From Promethearchaeota archaeon (lineage in GTDB: Archaea; Asgardarchaeota; Hermodarchaeia; Hermodarchaeales; Hermodarchaeaceae), in assembly GCA_048939245.1 (NCBI GenBank), contig JBHLPR010000021.1:1-36831 (forward strand): 36,831 bases of DNA, in the 5' to 3' direction. A model generated the notes under the pieces. It was not told the origin of the DNA, did not search any database, and saw only the letters and a list, made by a program, of their open reading frames with translations. Position 1 is the stretch's first letter. Each line of letters opens with the position of its first letter. The translations under genes were made by a program, and so were the position numbers. Shown here piece by piece: positions 35,439 to 36,831 of the stretch.

Positions 35439-36831
35439 CTGATTCTAATGTTTCACCGGGTCTGGGAATCATATTTCCTGGATTCAAAATCCAATCCGGG
35501 TCTAATGCCCGTTTCACAGCCGCCATTTCCTCAAGCCCTTCATTGCCATACATGATTTGGAGGAACGGGCGTTTGAGTTTACCAATCCCGTGCTCTGCAC
35601 TCACCGTACCGCCTAACTCAACGGCTTTTTTCGCAAATTTCTTGTAGATGTTCATGCCTTCGTCGACCTCGTCGTTGGTTCGCGGAAGAATATTCACATG
35701 AAGATGATTATCTCCGATGTGACCAAACATGATGTATTCCATTCCCGCATCATCAAGGGTTTTCTTGTAGTAACTAATCATCGTTTCCATATGCTCATCA
35801 GGGACAGCCATGTCAGTACCCAATTTATGGACTTGTGGATATTTTTGTTTACGCTGGGCAATGAGGGAATTGACGGTTTCAGGAATCAGATGTCGCACGG
35901 CTTTCATTTTATCAAGGTCGCCTGGGTCGATTCCTGCCCAAGTATCGTCCATACCGATTTCATATTTTCCAAGAAGTTCTTGAGCTGCCATGAAGGTTGA
36001 CTCCATTTCAGCTTCCACGAAAGGGATTTCAAAGAAGATGATTGCTTCTGCCTTATCAACTTGAGGTGGAACCATCACACCGGCAAGTCCTTTGACGCGG
36101 GCATCTCGAAGCATCTGGACCGCATTGGAATCAAAATATTCCACCAAGGTGGGTTGAACGAGGCTCGATTCACTTCGAATGTCTCTCACAAAGGCGAGTG
36201 CCGCTTTTTCCGTGGGGAAGAACGCAAAAATGGTCAAACTCCGCTCAGGATACACTTCTAGCCAAACTTCAGCCTCCGTGATGATGCCCAAAATACCTTC
36301 AGATCCGATAAACAAATCGATAAGATCCATTCCTTGATGAGCGAATAAGCCTGCTGCGTTTTTCGTTGAAGGCATATCGTAAGTAGGTATAGTGATTTCG
36401 TTAATGCTTCCATCCGCCAATTCGATAACAAATTGGCCGTCTTTTGCGAATACCGTTCCTCGGCTAATATCAAGGGCATCACCATTCGACAACACAACGC
36501 GCAACCGTTTGGTCCATTGGCGAATTGCCTTATACCGGAAGGATCGTGCCCCTGAAGCATTAGCAGCTAGAGAACCTCCCAGGTGGGCTGTCATCTCGGT
36601 AGGATCAGGCGGAAAGAAATGGGTTGATGAATCAGTAAGGAATTTGTCTAAAGCCGCTTGCTCATCATCTGTACACTGGGTCTTAAGTGAATCAAGTTGA
36701 CGTTTGTATACGGCTGAGTTGAGCGCTTCCAATGTGACACCCGGTTGAGCACGGATGAACCACTTACTCTTGGTTTCATCAAAGCCCAAGCCACAGAGCT
36801 TATCCATTTGTTCTAATGAAAGGAGGATACC
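35428..36831 (-). CDS. FAD-binding oxidoreductase, D-lactate dehydrogenase/GlcD family (5'-truncated by the window edge)
   Basis: Frame is open to the window end (GILLSLEQMDKL). FFPPDP, ANASGARS, FIGSEGILGIIT, GHIGDNHLHVN, SAEHGIG, DPDWILNPG. Confidence 0.92.
   Translation of the reverse strand, partial: GILLSLEQMDKLCGLGFDETKSKWFIRAQPGVTLEALNSAVYKRQLDSLKTQCTDDEQAALDKFLTDSSTHFFPPDPTEMTAHLGGSLAANASGARSFRYKAIRQWTKRLRVVLSNGDALDISRGTVFAKDGQFVIELADGSINEITIPTYDMPSTKNAAGLFAHQGMDLIDLFIGSEGILGIITEAEVWLEVYPERSLTIFAFFPTEKAALAFVRDIRSESSLVQPTLVEYFDSNAVQMLRDARVKGLAGVMVPPQVDKAEAIIFFEIPFVEAEMESTFMAAQELLGKYEIGMDDTWAGIDPGDLDKMKAVRHLIPETVNSLIAQRKQKYPQVHKLGTDMAVPDEHMETMISYYKKTLDDAGMEYIMFGHIGDNHLHVNILPRTNDEVDEGMNIYKKFAKKAVELGGTVSAEHGIGKLKRPFLQIMYGNEGLEEMAAVKRALDPDWILNPGNMIPRPGETLESVET

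Overview
Archaeal chromosomal segment. GGAGGTGA/AGGTGA-type ribosome-binding sites, T-rich TATA boxes and the gene content are compatible with an Asgard-type archaeon, but the taxon is an inference. The backbone carries uvrA (partial), uvrC, a YhhN-type membrane hydrolase, a LeuB/LeuC/LeuD-type operon, a (Fe-S)/CCG protein, two FAD-linked oxidoreductases, a K+-independent hppA, an acyl-CoA dehydrogenase, an SPFH protein, a nitroreductase-RHH-RHH-SCP2-TPR operon, OsmC, a CopG regulator, a long-chain acyl-CoA ligase, a surface protein and a carbon-nitrogen hydrolase. Between about 16.9 and 24.2 kb lies an accessory region with an AT-rich core, punctuated by four direct copies of a dif-like site (TATTnTGACACTTTT; two copies match over 28 bp). 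Its core resembles a circular-bacteriocin-like (archaeocin) locus: a small secreted, very hydrophobic and anionic peptide gene followed by a perfect hairpin terminator, divergent from overlapping SpoIIM/DUF95 and Yip1 genes and surrounded by small membrane proteins. Other points of interest are an orphan hairpin of about 115 nt, local C-to-G strand-skew switches, several operator-like palindromes and decaying genes. No rRNA, tRNA, CRISPR array or intact integrase/transposase was recognised.
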